DNA from: an uncultured Myxococcales bacterium
GTDB lineage: Bacteria > Myxococcota_A > UBA9042
Direction: 5' to 3'
DNA length: 64,000 nt
NCBI GenBank assembly: GCA_903919145.1
Contig: CAIXGW010000016.1
Coordinates: 113,367 to 177,366, forward strand
Shown here piece after piece: positions 46,472 to 55,761 of this stretch (position 1 is the first letter of the stretch; every line of letters begins with the position of its first letter). A model generated the notes under the pieces. The model saw only the letters and a list, made by a program, of their open reading frames with translations. It was not told the DNA's origin and did no database searches. The position numbers and the translations under genes are program-made.

Positions 46472-49208
46472 ATGAATTTCTGCATGACCAACATGGTGCC
46501 GGCCCTGCTGCTCGCTTGTGCCACCGTGGTAGTGGCCTGTACTCCTGCCAAGCTAGACGAGGCCAAGGTTACAGGCTCAGACACCACCCAGGACGTTGCG
46601 GATGCAGGGGCGACTGACGCCGCGGCCGGCAGCGACGCCGGTGCGGACGCCGGGGCCGATGCGGACGCCACCGCTGACACCGGAGTCGGTCCCGATGCAA
46701 TTTCAGGCGATTTGGCAGGGGCTTGCGGGAGTCCAGCCGATTGCCCCAAGCCAGATCAGTGTCAGCAGGCGACCTGTGTGGGGGGCCAGTGCGGCACGGC
46801 GCCCCTGGCGAGCGGCAAGTGCGACGACGGCGAGCCCTGCACCCTGGGCGACAGCTGCCAAGCCGGCGTCTGCAAGCCGGGCAGTGGCTGGGATCTGGTG
46901 GCCTGTGCCTGCCATCCCGACCCGGCCTATGCGCGCGGCTGCCCAGACGACGGCGACCTGTGCAACGGCCAGCAGGTCTGCACCAAGAACGCCAGCGGCT
47001 ATGCGTGCAAAGCCGGTCCCGTGCCCGCAGCGTGCGCCGACAGCGACTCGACCGACTGCGTGACATCGACGTACGACCCCAAGACCGGCCAGTGCGTCAA
47101 GGCCAACCTCAAGAAGGGCTCGACGTGCTCCGCCGGCTTTCCGACCGCCTGGGAGTGCGTGGTCAACCAGCAGTGCGATGGCCAGGGCAAGTGCGATTTT
47201 CAGAACAACTGCGAGTGCATGGAAGACAGCGAGTGCTCTGCCAAAGACGACGACAGCCTGTGCAACGGCAAGCTGTTCTGCAACAAGGACCCCAAGGCCA
47301 GCGGCCCCAAGTGCCAGGTCAACCCCAAGTCGGTGGTGTCTTGCAGCGCCAGCAATGACACGGCCTGCCTCAAGAACGCCTGCACCAAAGCGACCGGCAA
47401 GTGCGCGATGAGCCCGGCCGAGGGGGTCAAGCAGGTCTGCGACGACAAGTCGGGCCAGTGCTGGTGGTATCCGCTGGAGCCGACCGACGTCAAGCCGGCG
47501 CTGGTCAGCTGCAACGACGGCCTGGGCTGTACCCTCAACGACGAGTGCAAGGCCGGCAAGTGCATTGGCCAGACCGACGCCTGCGCCTGCAAGACCGACG
47601 CCGAGTGCCAGGGCATAGAGCCATGGCTGTCTCTCAACGATCGGTGCCGTGGAAAACCCTACTGCGACAAAAGCAATTCTGCCTCGCCGGTGTGCAAGCT
47701 CAACCCTGCAACGGTGCCGCAGTGCTCGGCTGGCCTGGACACGACTTGCGCCAAGAACGTCTGCGCGCCCTACAGCGGCAAGTGCGAGAGCCGGCCGCGC
47801 AGCCAGGTCTACAAGCGCAAGTGCGGCGACGATCCCGCCAAGGGCTGTTCAGAATGTGCTGACGATGACCCCAGCTGCGTATGGGCCGTCTTGCCTACCT
47901 CGCAGGCACCGTGGACGGGGTATGACAAGCTCAAGTGCGACGACGGCAACGCCTGCACCGCCAACGAGTCTTGCCTGGGCGGCCAGTGCCTCGCCACCAA
48001 TTGGCTGTGCAGCTGCGCCAAAGACGCCGACTGCGCCGACGACGACAACCTGTGCAGCGGCACGCCCTACTGCGAAAAGGCTTCGGGCAAGTGCAAGACC
48101 AACCCAGCTAGCGTGGTGGCCTGCAGCCCCGCCAATGACACCGACTGCGCCAAGAACAGCTGCGACGACCGGCAAGTGCCAGCTCAAGCCTGTGTCCGGC
48201 ACCAATGTGGCCTGCAATGACGGCGACTCCTGCACCGCGTCAGACACCTGCGAGAACGGACAGTGCGTCTCAGGCACCAACATCTGCCCGTGCAAGACCA
48301 ACTCTGACTGCGCCGCCAAAGAAGACGGCAACGTCTGCAACGGCACCCTCTACTGCGACAAGACCGCCAGCCCGCCGGCGTGCGTAGTCAACCCAGCCAC
48401 GGTGTTGACCTGCCCCAAAGGTCTGGACAACCAGTGCCGCCTCAACCTGTGCGACCCCAAATCCGGGGCCTGCCAGCTGACGCCCATCCAAGAAGGCATT
48501 GGCTGCAGCGACGGCAATCCCTGCACCGCTGGCGACGTCTGCACGGCCGGCCAGTGCTCGCCCTTGGCGTTTGTCTGCGACTGCACCAGCAATGCCGACT
48601 GCGCCAGCAAGGAAGACGACGACCTGCGCAACGGCACGCTGTTTTGCAACCAATTAAAATGCCAAGTTAATCCGGCGACGGTGGTCAAGTGCCCGGTCGG
48701 CGCCAGCAATCCTTGCGTCAGCGTGCAGTGCGACGGCAAGACCGGCCAGTGCGGCGCCAAGCCGGTGGTCGCGCTGTTCGTCCCCTGTGACGACGGCAAT
48801 CCCTGCACCAAGGGCGATACCTGCCAGGCCGGCAGCTGCAGCGCTGGCGCCAACCTCTGCACCTGCACGGCAGACAGCCAGTGCGCTGGGCTGGACGACG
48901 GTAACCCGTGCAATGGCGAGCTGTTCTGCGACCTGTCTGCCGCGCCGTTCTCCTGCAAGCCCAAGCCGGCCACCGCCATCTTGTGTGACGGCGTGGGAGA
49001 GAGCGAGTGCCAAAAGAACATCTGCGAGCTGGAGACGGCGCAGTGCAAGCTCAAGCCCATGGCCTGGCTATGCAATGACGGCAATCCCTGCACCTTGGAC
49101 GCTTGCTCGCCAGCGGGCACCTGCAGTTTTGATGCCGTCGCCGACGGTCTGAGCTGCGGCGGCACCGCCAGTTGCAAGCAAGGCCAGTGCGTGGCGCCAG
49201 AGCAGTGA
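46472..49208 (+). CDS. giant cysteine-rich repeat lipoprotein, apparently frameshifted near 48164-48170 (frame 2 46472-48175, then frame 0 to 49208)
   Basis: Lipoprotein signal MNFCMTNMVPALLLACATVVVAC. >20 repeats of type C.DG..CT.D.C..G.C / CxKNxC..xTGKC. The frame-2 ORF ends in non-repeat junk (DDRQVPAQACVRHQCGLQ*). Frame 0 picks up the repeat exactly at ...TGKCQLKPVSGTNVACNDGDSC. A single-nt indel at gacgaccggcaag restores ...CAKNSCD(D)TGKCQLKP... Confidence 0.6.
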
Positions 49209-49371
49209 GGCAAGCGACGAGCCCGCGGCGCACCGCTTGGGCCCATCCGGTCCTAGTCTTGCTGGGGTGACGTTGGGCAGGCGGCAGGCGTGCAACTTGG
49301 CGTCGGGCAGCGGCCAAGCGGTGGGTCAGCCGACAAGCTATCGTTCAAAGACAGAGTATTCGTTCGGTGCG

Positions 49372-50010
49372 CTAGGCCCCGCGCGTCAGCTCCAGCTGCA
49401 GGGGCAGGCCGTCGCGGTGCACCGCCAGCTTGAATGGTTTGCCCACCGCCACCTTGCCCACCAGCGCGTCGAACTCTGCGCGATGGCGCACCGGCTTGCC
49501 GTCCACGGCCACAATCACGTCAAAGGGCTTGAGTCCAGCGACATAGGCGGGGGTCCCCCGGGCCACGGCGCTGACGGGGACGCCCTCGCTCTCAAACGAG
49601 CCAAACCAGCAGGGCAGCCCCTTGGCCGGCGCCGGCCCAGCTGCCTTTAGCTTGCCCTCGCTGGCTTTGGCCGGGGTCTTGCCGCGCTCTGGCGTGGCGC
49701 CCTTAGCCGAAGCATATGAAGTGCAAACATTTTCTCGCCAGGTCGACTGACTCCCTGCGGGGCCGGCCTCGTGGTTGACCTCGGCCCGCGCGGCACACAG
49801 GGCTGCCCACAGCTTGGTTTCCTTGACGTTCATGCGCTCGCGGGCGGCCACCGTGCAGATGCGCGACCAGGCGCAGCTGTGCTGCAACGACAGCTTGGCC
49901 CAGGCCTTGGCGCGGATCAGCTCCAAGATCTCCAGATCGCCGGCCGAGCAGAAAGAACAAGACGGCCAAGCCAGCTCGTTGATGGGATCCTTGGCCATGG
50001 GCAACCTCAC
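49372..50010 (-). CDS. PDZ domain protein with Cys-containing N-terminal region
   Basis: C-terminal GVPVSAVARGTPAYVAGLKPFDVIVAVDGKPVRHRAEFDALVGKVAVGKPFKLAVHRDG is a PDZ fold signature. The N-terminal CSFCSAG...HSCAWSRIC has 6 Cys. Confidence 0.6.
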   Translation of the reverse strand: MRLPMAKDPINELAWPSCSFCSAGDLEILELIRAKAWAKLSLQHSCAWSRICTVAARERMNVKETKLWAALCAARAEVNHEAGPAGSQSTWRENVCTSYASAKGATPERGKTPAKASEGKLKAAGPAPAKGLPCWFGSFESEGVPVSAVARGTPAYVAGLKPFDVIVAVDGKPVRHRAEFDALVGKVAVGKPFKLAVHRDGLPLQLELTRGA

Positions 50011-50049
50011 GTCGATGCGGAGAATGGGTTTGTGGCCTGGGCGCCGCGA

Positions 50050-51678
50050 TCAGCGCTGGAGCACCGTGTCGCGCTGGCCCTGTTCGTCGTCGAGTTCTGG
50101 GTAGTCTATGGACCAGTGCAGGCCGCGCGACTCGCGTCGCTGCAGGGCCGAGGTGACTATCAGCTGGGCCACCGTGGTGATGTTGCGCAGCTCGATGAGG
50201 TCGGGGGTCAGCAGAAAACGCCAGTAGTCCTCTCGTACTTCGGTCTCGATGAGCTGCAGCCGCCGCTGGGCGCGCAGAAGCCGGCGGTTGCTGCGCACGA
50301 TGCCCACGTAGTTCCACATCAGGCGGCGAATCTCGTCCCAGCTCTGACTGACGACGACCTGCTCGTCGGGGTCGCCTGCCTGGCCGGTATCCCATTGCGG
50401 TACGCGGAGTTGGTCGGCACCGCCCCGCTCGGCCAAGACCTTGAGCGCCGTGGTGGCCGCCCGCTCGGCATAGACCACCGCCTCAAGCAGGGAGTTGGAA
50501 GCAAGGCGGTTGGCGCCGTGCAGGCCGGTGCAGCTGACTTCGCCAATGGCCAACAGCCCAAAGATGTTGGTCTCTGCGTCCCGGTTGACCTGCACCCCAC
50601 CGCACTGGTAGTGGGCACCGGGAACCACCGGAATCGGCTGGCGGCGCATGTCGATGCCCAACTCCATACAGCGGGCGTGGATGGTCGGAAAGTGCTCTTC
50701 CAGGAACGCAGCCGGCAGGTGGGTCATGTCGAGGAACACGCAGTCTTCGCCCGACGCCTTGAGCTCGGTGTCGATGGCCCGCGCCACGATATCGCGGGGG
50801 GCCAAGTCCTTGCGCGGATCGTAGCGGGGCATAAACGCCTCGCCGCGGCCATTGCGCAAGATGCCGCCTTCGCCGCGCAGCGCCTCTGAAATCAGAAAGT
50901 TCTTGGCCTGCGGGTGATACAGGCACGTCGGGTGAAACTGGAAGAACTCCATGTTGGCGACGCGCGCGCCGGCCCGCCAGGCCATGGCCAAGCCGTCGCC
51001 TGTGGCCACGTCGGGATTGGTGGTGTAGAGGTAGGTCTTGCCGGCGCCACCGGTGGCCAAGCACACCACCGCGGCACTGATGGCAACGACGCGGTTGCGC
51101 TGGATGTCCAGGGCATAGGTGCCAAGGATCTGGTCGCCCTTGCCGCCGGGGACGCCGCGACCGGTGCCTTTGGCAAAGCGCGCGCGGGTGATTAGATCGA
51201 TCGCTTGATGGTGCTCCAGCACCAAGATGTTGGGGTGGGCCAGCACTTTTTCGACCAGCGCCAGCTCAATGGCGACGCCGGTGTGGTCGGCCTGATGGGC
51301 TACCCGGCGAGCGCTGTGGCCGCCTTCGCGGGTCAGGTGCAGCTGGCCGTCCTCGCCGCGGTCAAAACTCACACCCTGGGCCATCAGCCGCCCAATGGCC
51401 GCCGGGCCGGCTTGCACGACCAGAGCCACCGCCTCCTTGCGGCACAGCCCCGCACCGGCAACCAGCGTGTCCTGAATGTGCTGCTCAATGGTGTCGTGGC
51501 TGGGATCGAGCACCGCGGCGATGCCTCCCTGCGCCCACACCGTATTGCTGTTGCTGAGCTCGCGCTTGGTGACCAGGGTGACTTGGGCCTGCTCTGCCAC
51601 CGCCAGGGCAAAACTAAGCCCCGCCACACCGCTGCCAATCACCACCACGTCGCTGGTGTGCTCCAGTGGGTCCATCAT
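50050..51678 (-). CDS. nadB: L-aspartate oxidase
   Basis: DVVVIGSGVAGLSFAL (FAD Rossmann); NTVWAQGGIAAVL (no covalent-FAD His, unlike SdhA/FrdA); RGEGGILRN; ~540 aa. Start taken at MMDPLEH. Confidence 0.85.
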   Translation of the reverse strand: MMDPLEHTSDVVVIGSGVAGLSFALAVAEQAQVTLVTKRELSNSNTVWAQGGIAAVLDPSHDTIEQHIQDTLVAGAGLCRKEAVALVVQAGPAAIGRLMAQGVSFDRGEDGQLHLTREGGHSARRVAHQADHTGVAIELALVEKVLAHPNILVLEHHQAIDLITRARFAKGTGRGVPGGKGDQILGTYALDIQRNRVVAISAAVVCLATGGAGKTYLYTTNPDVATGDGLAMAWRAGARVANMEFFQFHPTCLYHPQAKNFLISEALRGEGGILRNGRGEAFMPRYDPRKDLAPRDIVARAIDTELKASGEDCVFLDMTHLPAAFLEEHFPTIHARCMELGIDMRRQPIPVVPGAHYQCGGVQVNRDAETNIFGLLAIGEVSCTGLHGANRLASNSLLEAVVYAERAATTALKVLAERGGADQLRVPQWDTGQAGDPDEQVVVSQSWDEIRRLMWNYVGIVRSNRRLLRAQRRLQLIETEVREDYWRFLLTPDLIELRNITTVAQLIVTSALQRRESRGLHWSIDYPELDDEQGQRDTVLQR

Positions 51679-51705
51679 CAAGGTAACTCCTTGCAAGCCA
51701 TGGGG

Positions 51706-52785
51706 CTATCCGCCGATAGAGCTCATGGCCTCAGCGGTGGCCACGCGGTCAAAGCGGTGGGCATCGACCTTGCCGGCCAGCGCCTCAGCAATGGCGGCGC
51801 GGATCTCCTGGTCATTGGCGCCGCCCCGCAGCAGGTCGCGCAGGCTCAGCGCTCCGGCGGTAGATAGGCATTCGCGCAGAGTGCCAGTCGGAGAGAGCCG
51901 GACACGGTTGCAAAGTTCGCAAAATTGCTCAGTGACAGCGGCAATCAGGCCGAGCTTGACCGCCAGCTCGGGGCGGCGCCGGTGCTGGGCCAGCCAGCGC
52001 TTGGCCGGTCCGCCGCCGGGGGTACCGTCCAGGGGGGCCGGCTGCAGGTCCCAGTCGGTGACCAGCGCCTCTCTCACCGCCGCCACCGGCAAGAACGTCT
52101 GCGGGCCCCAGAAGTCGTCAACGCCAATGGGCATGTACTCAATATAGCGCAGGATCAGGTCGCGCTCGCCGGCAAAGAGGGCCAGGTCGCTCAGCTCGTC
52201 GTCGTTCAGTCCTTTGAGGACCACCGCGTTGAGCTTGGTGTGGGCAAACCCCGCCTGCTGCGCCGCGGCAATGCCATCCAGGACTGCGCCGAGCTTTCCC
52301 TGGCGCGTCAGCTGGGCAAACCGCGCCTCCTTGAGGGTGTCCAAAGATACATTGAGCCGGCTGAGCCCTGCGGCCTTGAGCGGCCCTGCCAGGGGGGCCA
52401 GCAGGTGACCGTTGGTGGTCATCGAAAGGTCTTGGATACCGGGAATCTCTGCCAGCATCGCCACCAGGTCGACGATACCGCGTCGCACCAGCGGTTCGCC
52501 GCCCGTCAGGCGGACTTTGCGCACACCCAAGGCGACAAACTGCTCCACCAAGGAGCGAATTTCCTCAAAGCTCAGCAGGCGGTCGTGGCCCACCACCGGC
52601 ACCCCGGCGGCGGGCATGCAGTAGGTGCAGCGGTAGTTGCAGCGGTCGGTCACCGAGACGCGCAAGTACTCAACCCGGCGGTGCTGCAGGTCGACCAACT
52701 TGAAAGGGTTCAGCGGCTTGGCTGGGTGAGCAGCGCCGCCGATCGTCAAGCTTTGCGGGCTGTGGCACGGGCTGGGGAGGCTCAC
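51706..52785 (-). CDS. moaA: GTP 3',8-cyclase MoaA (radical SAM, molybdenum cofactor biosynthesis)
   Basis: YLRVSVTDRCNYRCTYCMP (CxxxCxxC radical SAM), downstream GGEPLVRRGIVDL, and a C-terminal second-cluster Cys (CELCNRVRLS). N-terminal extension relative to E. coli, so the exact start is uncertain. Confidence 0.85.
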   Translation of the reverse strand: MSLPSPCHSPQSLTIGGAAHPAKPLNPFKLVDLQHRRVEYLRVSVTDRCNYRCTYCMPAAGVPVVGHDRLLSFEEIRSLVEQFVALGVRKVRLTGGEPLVRRGIVDLVAMLAEIPGIQDLSMTTNGHLLAPLAGPLKAAGLSRLNVSLDTLKEARFAQLTRQGKLGAVLDGIAAAQQAGFAHTKLNAVVLKGLNDDELSDLALFAGERDLILRYIEYMPIGVDDFWGPQTFLPVAAVREALVTDWDLQPAPLDGTPGGGPAKRWLAQHRRRPELAVKLGLIAAVTEQFCELCNRVRLSPTGTLRECLSTAGALSLRDLLRGGANDQEIRAAIAEALAGKVDAHRFDRVATAEAMSSIGG

Positions 52786-53024
52786 AGCGGCGATGCCTTC
52801 TCGACGGTGCCAATCGCGCCTTGCACCGCCAGTTCAGCCACAACGTTGTGGGCGGCGTGCTCTTCGGCGTAGTCGGCGATGACCTGGGCCTGCCCGGCCA
52901 GCACCTGCTTGAGCAGGGCCACCCGTGCCTCATGGGCGCGCTGCCCCTGGCCATGCTTTTGGACGATCCGCTCGACGCGCTCGAGCTTGGCGGCGGGAAA
53001 GGAGCTGAGTCTGACCTGGTACAT
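52782..53024 (-). CDS. small hypothetical protein (80 aa)
   Basis: ORF with high GC3 overlapping the moaA start by 4 nt (ATGA). No recognisable motif. Could be spurious. Confidence 0.3.
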   Translation of the reverse strand: MYQVRLSSFPAAKLERVERIVQKHGQGQRAHEARVALLKQVLAGQAQVIADYAEEHAAHNVVAELAVQGAIGTVEKASPL

Positions 53025-53132
53025 GGCGACCTCCGGACAGCATGATCGCCCCCGCCGCCGTCCAGGTCAACCTGCTGTCTGCAGTTGGCCCGCCCGCGGC
53101 CCGTCCTGCACTTGCGCCGGGAAGATTCGCTG

Positions 53133-53149
53133 CCTGACCCAATGTTAAC
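53133..53149 (-). repeat. 17-nt REP-like motif copy (left inverted end): gttaacattgggtcagg on the minus strand
   Basis: Exact 15-17 nt match to the copies at 54653, 53683 and 41781. Confidence 0.7.
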
Positions 53150-53351
53150 TTTTTGGTATTGCATGATTTTCTCGACATCCTTGTCGTCCAGCACTTCGGC
53201 ATCTGGCCATGCTCTGAGAATCTGAGCCAAGAGGGCTATCGGGGCATTGGCCAGAAGTGGGGAAGCGGTCCCGAAAACTAACCCTCAGCAGTACACAAAG
53301 CCAATCCCTGAGCGCTCGGACCGAGCCGAGTAGTCCTTTCGGCCAACTGCG

Positions 53352-54611
53352 CTAGTCCGGCACCGGCATCGTCCCAACCAGGGTATGTGGCGGCAGACGA
53401 AAGCGCGGCCCCGTGAGCCCCTCGAGGCTCGACCGTGCCCGCGTTCGCCATCGCTGCTTTGCCTCTGCATACGCCGCGCACACGGCTAGGTACTGCTCTT
53501 CGTATGCTATGACTTCCTTGAGGTTCGCCGACAACAGGTAGGGCATCCTCTTCTTCTTGCCGTTGCGCTTCTTTGCCTTTGGGGGGCCTTGCTCGTAGGG
53601 CATGTCGTACTCCGACTTGCGATCAGGAATGCAGACCACCTCCACCCCGGATGTCCCGAAATAACCATTTGTGTCAGGCGTATAACATTGGGTCAGGCTC
53701 TCTTGCTGCTGCTCCATGGCGAATCGCGCTGGGCCACTGAGCAGCGGGGTCTTGCGCAGCACGTGCAGCGGCACGGTCGCCACCTCGTCGGCGATCGCGC
53801 GATAGCGGAGTTGCAGCTCGCCCGGGCTGAGGTCGGCCCAGCACCGCGGCGGGCTGATCGGCAACTCCACAGTTCGCGTGTAGGCATCCAGCGGACCAGC
53901 ACCGGCCTTCAGTTGGGCGTCGCGGTAGCGTCTTGTGAGATCAATCAGTTTTCCGATCAGTGGCTTGCCATCGATCATGGGGGCGGCGCAGGAGACCCCA
54001 GGAAACTGAATTGGATGATCGACCAAGCCGGCCTTGACGCCTTGGCCGAGAATGTAGCGGATGCGCCGTCCAACCGAGACTTCATCTTGAGCGACCGCCA
54101 CCCACTTGTTTTCACACCAGAACTTCCCGTTTGAGCCAAGGCGCTCGTGAGCAAGCCGGGCCAGTCCTCCGTGAAAATGCATCAGGAATTTGCAGAACTT
54201 TCCAGAGCTCGCGATCTCGAACAGGCCGTGGTAGTGGTTGGTCATGAAATGCACGGCGACGATCTTGACTTCGTAGATGGTGGCGGCCAGAAACAACAGG
54301 CCGACGATTCTGCCGCTCAGCTCTTGATCGTTGGGGTCAAAGGCGAACTTTCCGTTGTTGGTGCGAATCGTGATTTCCTGCAGGTACTTGGGGTCGTAGT
54401 AGCGGACCAAGCTGGCGCAGCGTGGTTCAAGGAGCTTCTTGCTGTTGGCCTTGGAGTCTTGGCGAATCGCATTCATCGGGGACCGTCCACCAGTGACGTT
54501 GCAGCTGGTATAGAAGGTTTCGTCAGTTGGCGACAAAAACCGCGGCGGCTTACGCAAATTGCCGAAAGAAACTTTTGCCCGTGGTTGGCTGTCGCGATTG
54601 CGCGATCGCAC
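53352..54611 (-). CDS. IS200/IS605-family-like Y1 (HUH) transposase-like protein, long form (REP-associated tyrosine transposase candidate)
   Basis: 419 aa. Core ...KIVAVHFMTNHYHGLFEI...(HUH motif HYH)...GKFWCENKWVAVAQDEVSVGRRIRYILGQG (catalytic Tyr context resembling YIxNQ/YIxNNP). ~200-aa C-terminal extension with KKRNGKKKR. Lower GC than the flanks. Start codon uncertain (alternative Met at 54476). Confidence 0.5.
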   Translation of the reverse strand: MRSRNRDSQPRAKVSFGNLRKPPRFLSPTDETFYTSCNVTGGRSPMNAIRQDSKANSKKLLEPRCASLVRYYDPKYLQEITIRTNNGKFAFDPNDQELSGRIVGLLFLAATIYEVKIVAVHFMTNHYHGLFEIASSGKFCKFLMHFHGGLARLAHERLGSNGKFWCENKWVAVAQDEVSVGRRIRYILGQGVKAGLVDHPIQFPGVSCAAPMIDGKPLIGKLIDLTRRYRDAQLKAGAGPLDAYTRTVELPISPPRCWADLSPGELQLRYRAIADEVATVPLHVLRKTPLLSGPARFAMEQQQESLTQCYTPDTNGYFGTSGVEVVCIPDRKSEYDMPYEQGPPKAKKRNGKKKRMPYLLSANLKEVIAYEEQYLAVCAAYAEAKQRWRTRARSSLEGLTGPRFRLPPHTLVGTMPVPD

Positions 54612-54652
54612 TGCGACTCAGCGAACACGAGAATTGCCTATGGATGGAGCAC

Positions 54653-54669
54653 AGATAACATTGGGTCAG
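54653..54669 (+). repeat. 17-nt REP-like motif copy (right inverted end): gataacattgggtcagg
   Basis: Inverted relative to the 53133 copy. The following ~10 nt (ctctgttgg) also resemble the internal copy (ctctcttgc). Confidence 0.7.
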
Positions 54670-54775
54670 GCTCTGTTGGTTTTGGGAACTGGGGCGTCTT
54701 GGGCTTGCCGCCGCGCTCGCCGTGCTGTACAGCCTAGGGGCGGCCCCGGCTCGTTGGTCGCAGTGGAGGCTGGGT

Positions 54776-55630
54776 GTGCATGTAGTCGTGGCGGGTTGCG
54801 GGTGGCTGGGCTTGGCCATCGGGCGTGAGCTGTTGAACCAGGGGCATCGAGTGACGGCGGTGCGCCGAGACCCGGCCAGGGCGGCGGAGTTGGCTGCGGC
54901 GGGGTTGGAGCCGTTGGTGCTGGACTTGACTGAGCCGAACGCGCATCGGCAGTTGCCTGCGGACGTGCAGGCGCTGGTGGGTTGTCAGTCGGCGCGCTCG
55001 GATAGCGCCGAGGGCTATCGCGCGGCCTACCTGGGCGTCAACCGGACGCTGCTGCGTGCGGCCGAGGAGCTGCAGGTGCAGGCGCTGGTCTATACTGGAT
55101 CTACGGGTGTTTTTGGCTATAGCGATGGCCGTGAGGTTCAGGAGGATGCAGCGGTGGACCCGCGCAGTCCCACGGCAGAAGTGCTCGTAGAGGCTGAGCA
55201 GCTGCTGGTCGAGGCCGGGCAGCGCGGCCTGCCGACGCGGGTGGTGCGCTTGTCAGGACTCTACGGTCCAGGGCGTTGGGGGACGCAGCAGCGGGTCCGC
55301 TCGGGGGCGCTGGCCCTGGGACCAGGGGACGACGCTTTCATGAACTTCTGCCACCTTGACGACGCCGTGGCTGCCGTGCTGGGCGCCTTGCGGTCTGGCC
55401 GCGATGGCGCCATCTACCACGCGAGCGATGCCGCGCCGCCGCGCCGTAGCGAGGTGGTGCAGTGGATGGCAGCGCGTTTGGGCATCCAAGCGCGGGTTTC
55501 AGCGCAGCCTGCCGCTGTCGGTGCGGCCAACCGTCGCATCCGTGCGGAGTGGAGCCGTCAACAGCTAGGGCTGACGCTGGTACATCCGGACTTTCGCTCT
55601 GGTTTTTCACTTGCGCCCACGGTGTCCTGA
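54776..55630 (+). CDS. NAD-dependent epimerase/dehydratase-family (extended SDR) protein
   Basis: VHVVVAGCGWLGLAIGRELLNQGHRVTAVRRDPARAAELAAAGLEPLVLDL Rossmann fold. Start probably GTG ~54776 (the ORF track gives an upstream start at 54722 that overlaps the repeat region). Confidence 0.7.
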   Translation: MHVVVAGCGWLGLAIGRELLNQGHRVTAVRRDPARAAELAAAGLEPLVLDLTEPNAHRQLPADVQALVGCQSARSDSAEGYRAAYLGVNRTLLRAAEELQVQALVYTGSTGVFGYSDGREVQEDAAVDPRSPTAEVLVEAEQLLVEAGQRGLPTRVVRLSGLYGPGRWGTQQRVRSGALALGPGDDAFMNFCHLDDAVAAVLGALRSGRDGAIYHASDAAPPRRSEVVQWMAARLGIQARVSAQPAAVGAANRRIRAEWSRQQLGLTLVHPDFRSGFSLAPTVS

Positions 55631-55761
55631 GCCCGTTGCGGCAGGGATGTGGGGAGGCGCACCTCTCGGCACCTGCTTTTGAACTGCAGCACCTCTTGCG
55701 CTAGAATACCGACCTTGGCCCCGGCGGAATCTCCTGCCGACCGAGCCCATAAGGGGTCGCG

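Larger units (their letters stand above)
53133..54669. mobile_element. candidate REP/RAYT-type or IS200-like element: low-GC (~54%) island carrying a Y1/HUH transposase-like gene, bounded by inverted copies of a 17-nt motif
   Basis: GC drops from ~68% to ~52-57% between ~53130 and ~54700. The left end is cctgacccaatgttaac (53133-53149). The right end is gataacattgggtcagg (54653-54669), the reverse complement with a 16/17 match. An internal copy lies at 53683-53697. More copies lie at 41781-41795 and, degenerate, 31102-31113. Confidence 0.5.

Noticed and set aside
49771-52872. Antisense ORFs 49771-50889(+) and 51925-52872(+)
   Set aside because: Opposite nadB and moaA respectively. No motifs.
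53589-54134. 181-aa plus-strand ORF inside the low-GC island
   Set aside because: Antisense to the Y1 transposase-like gene. It contains the repeat motif (translated as ITLGQALL), but no protein signature.
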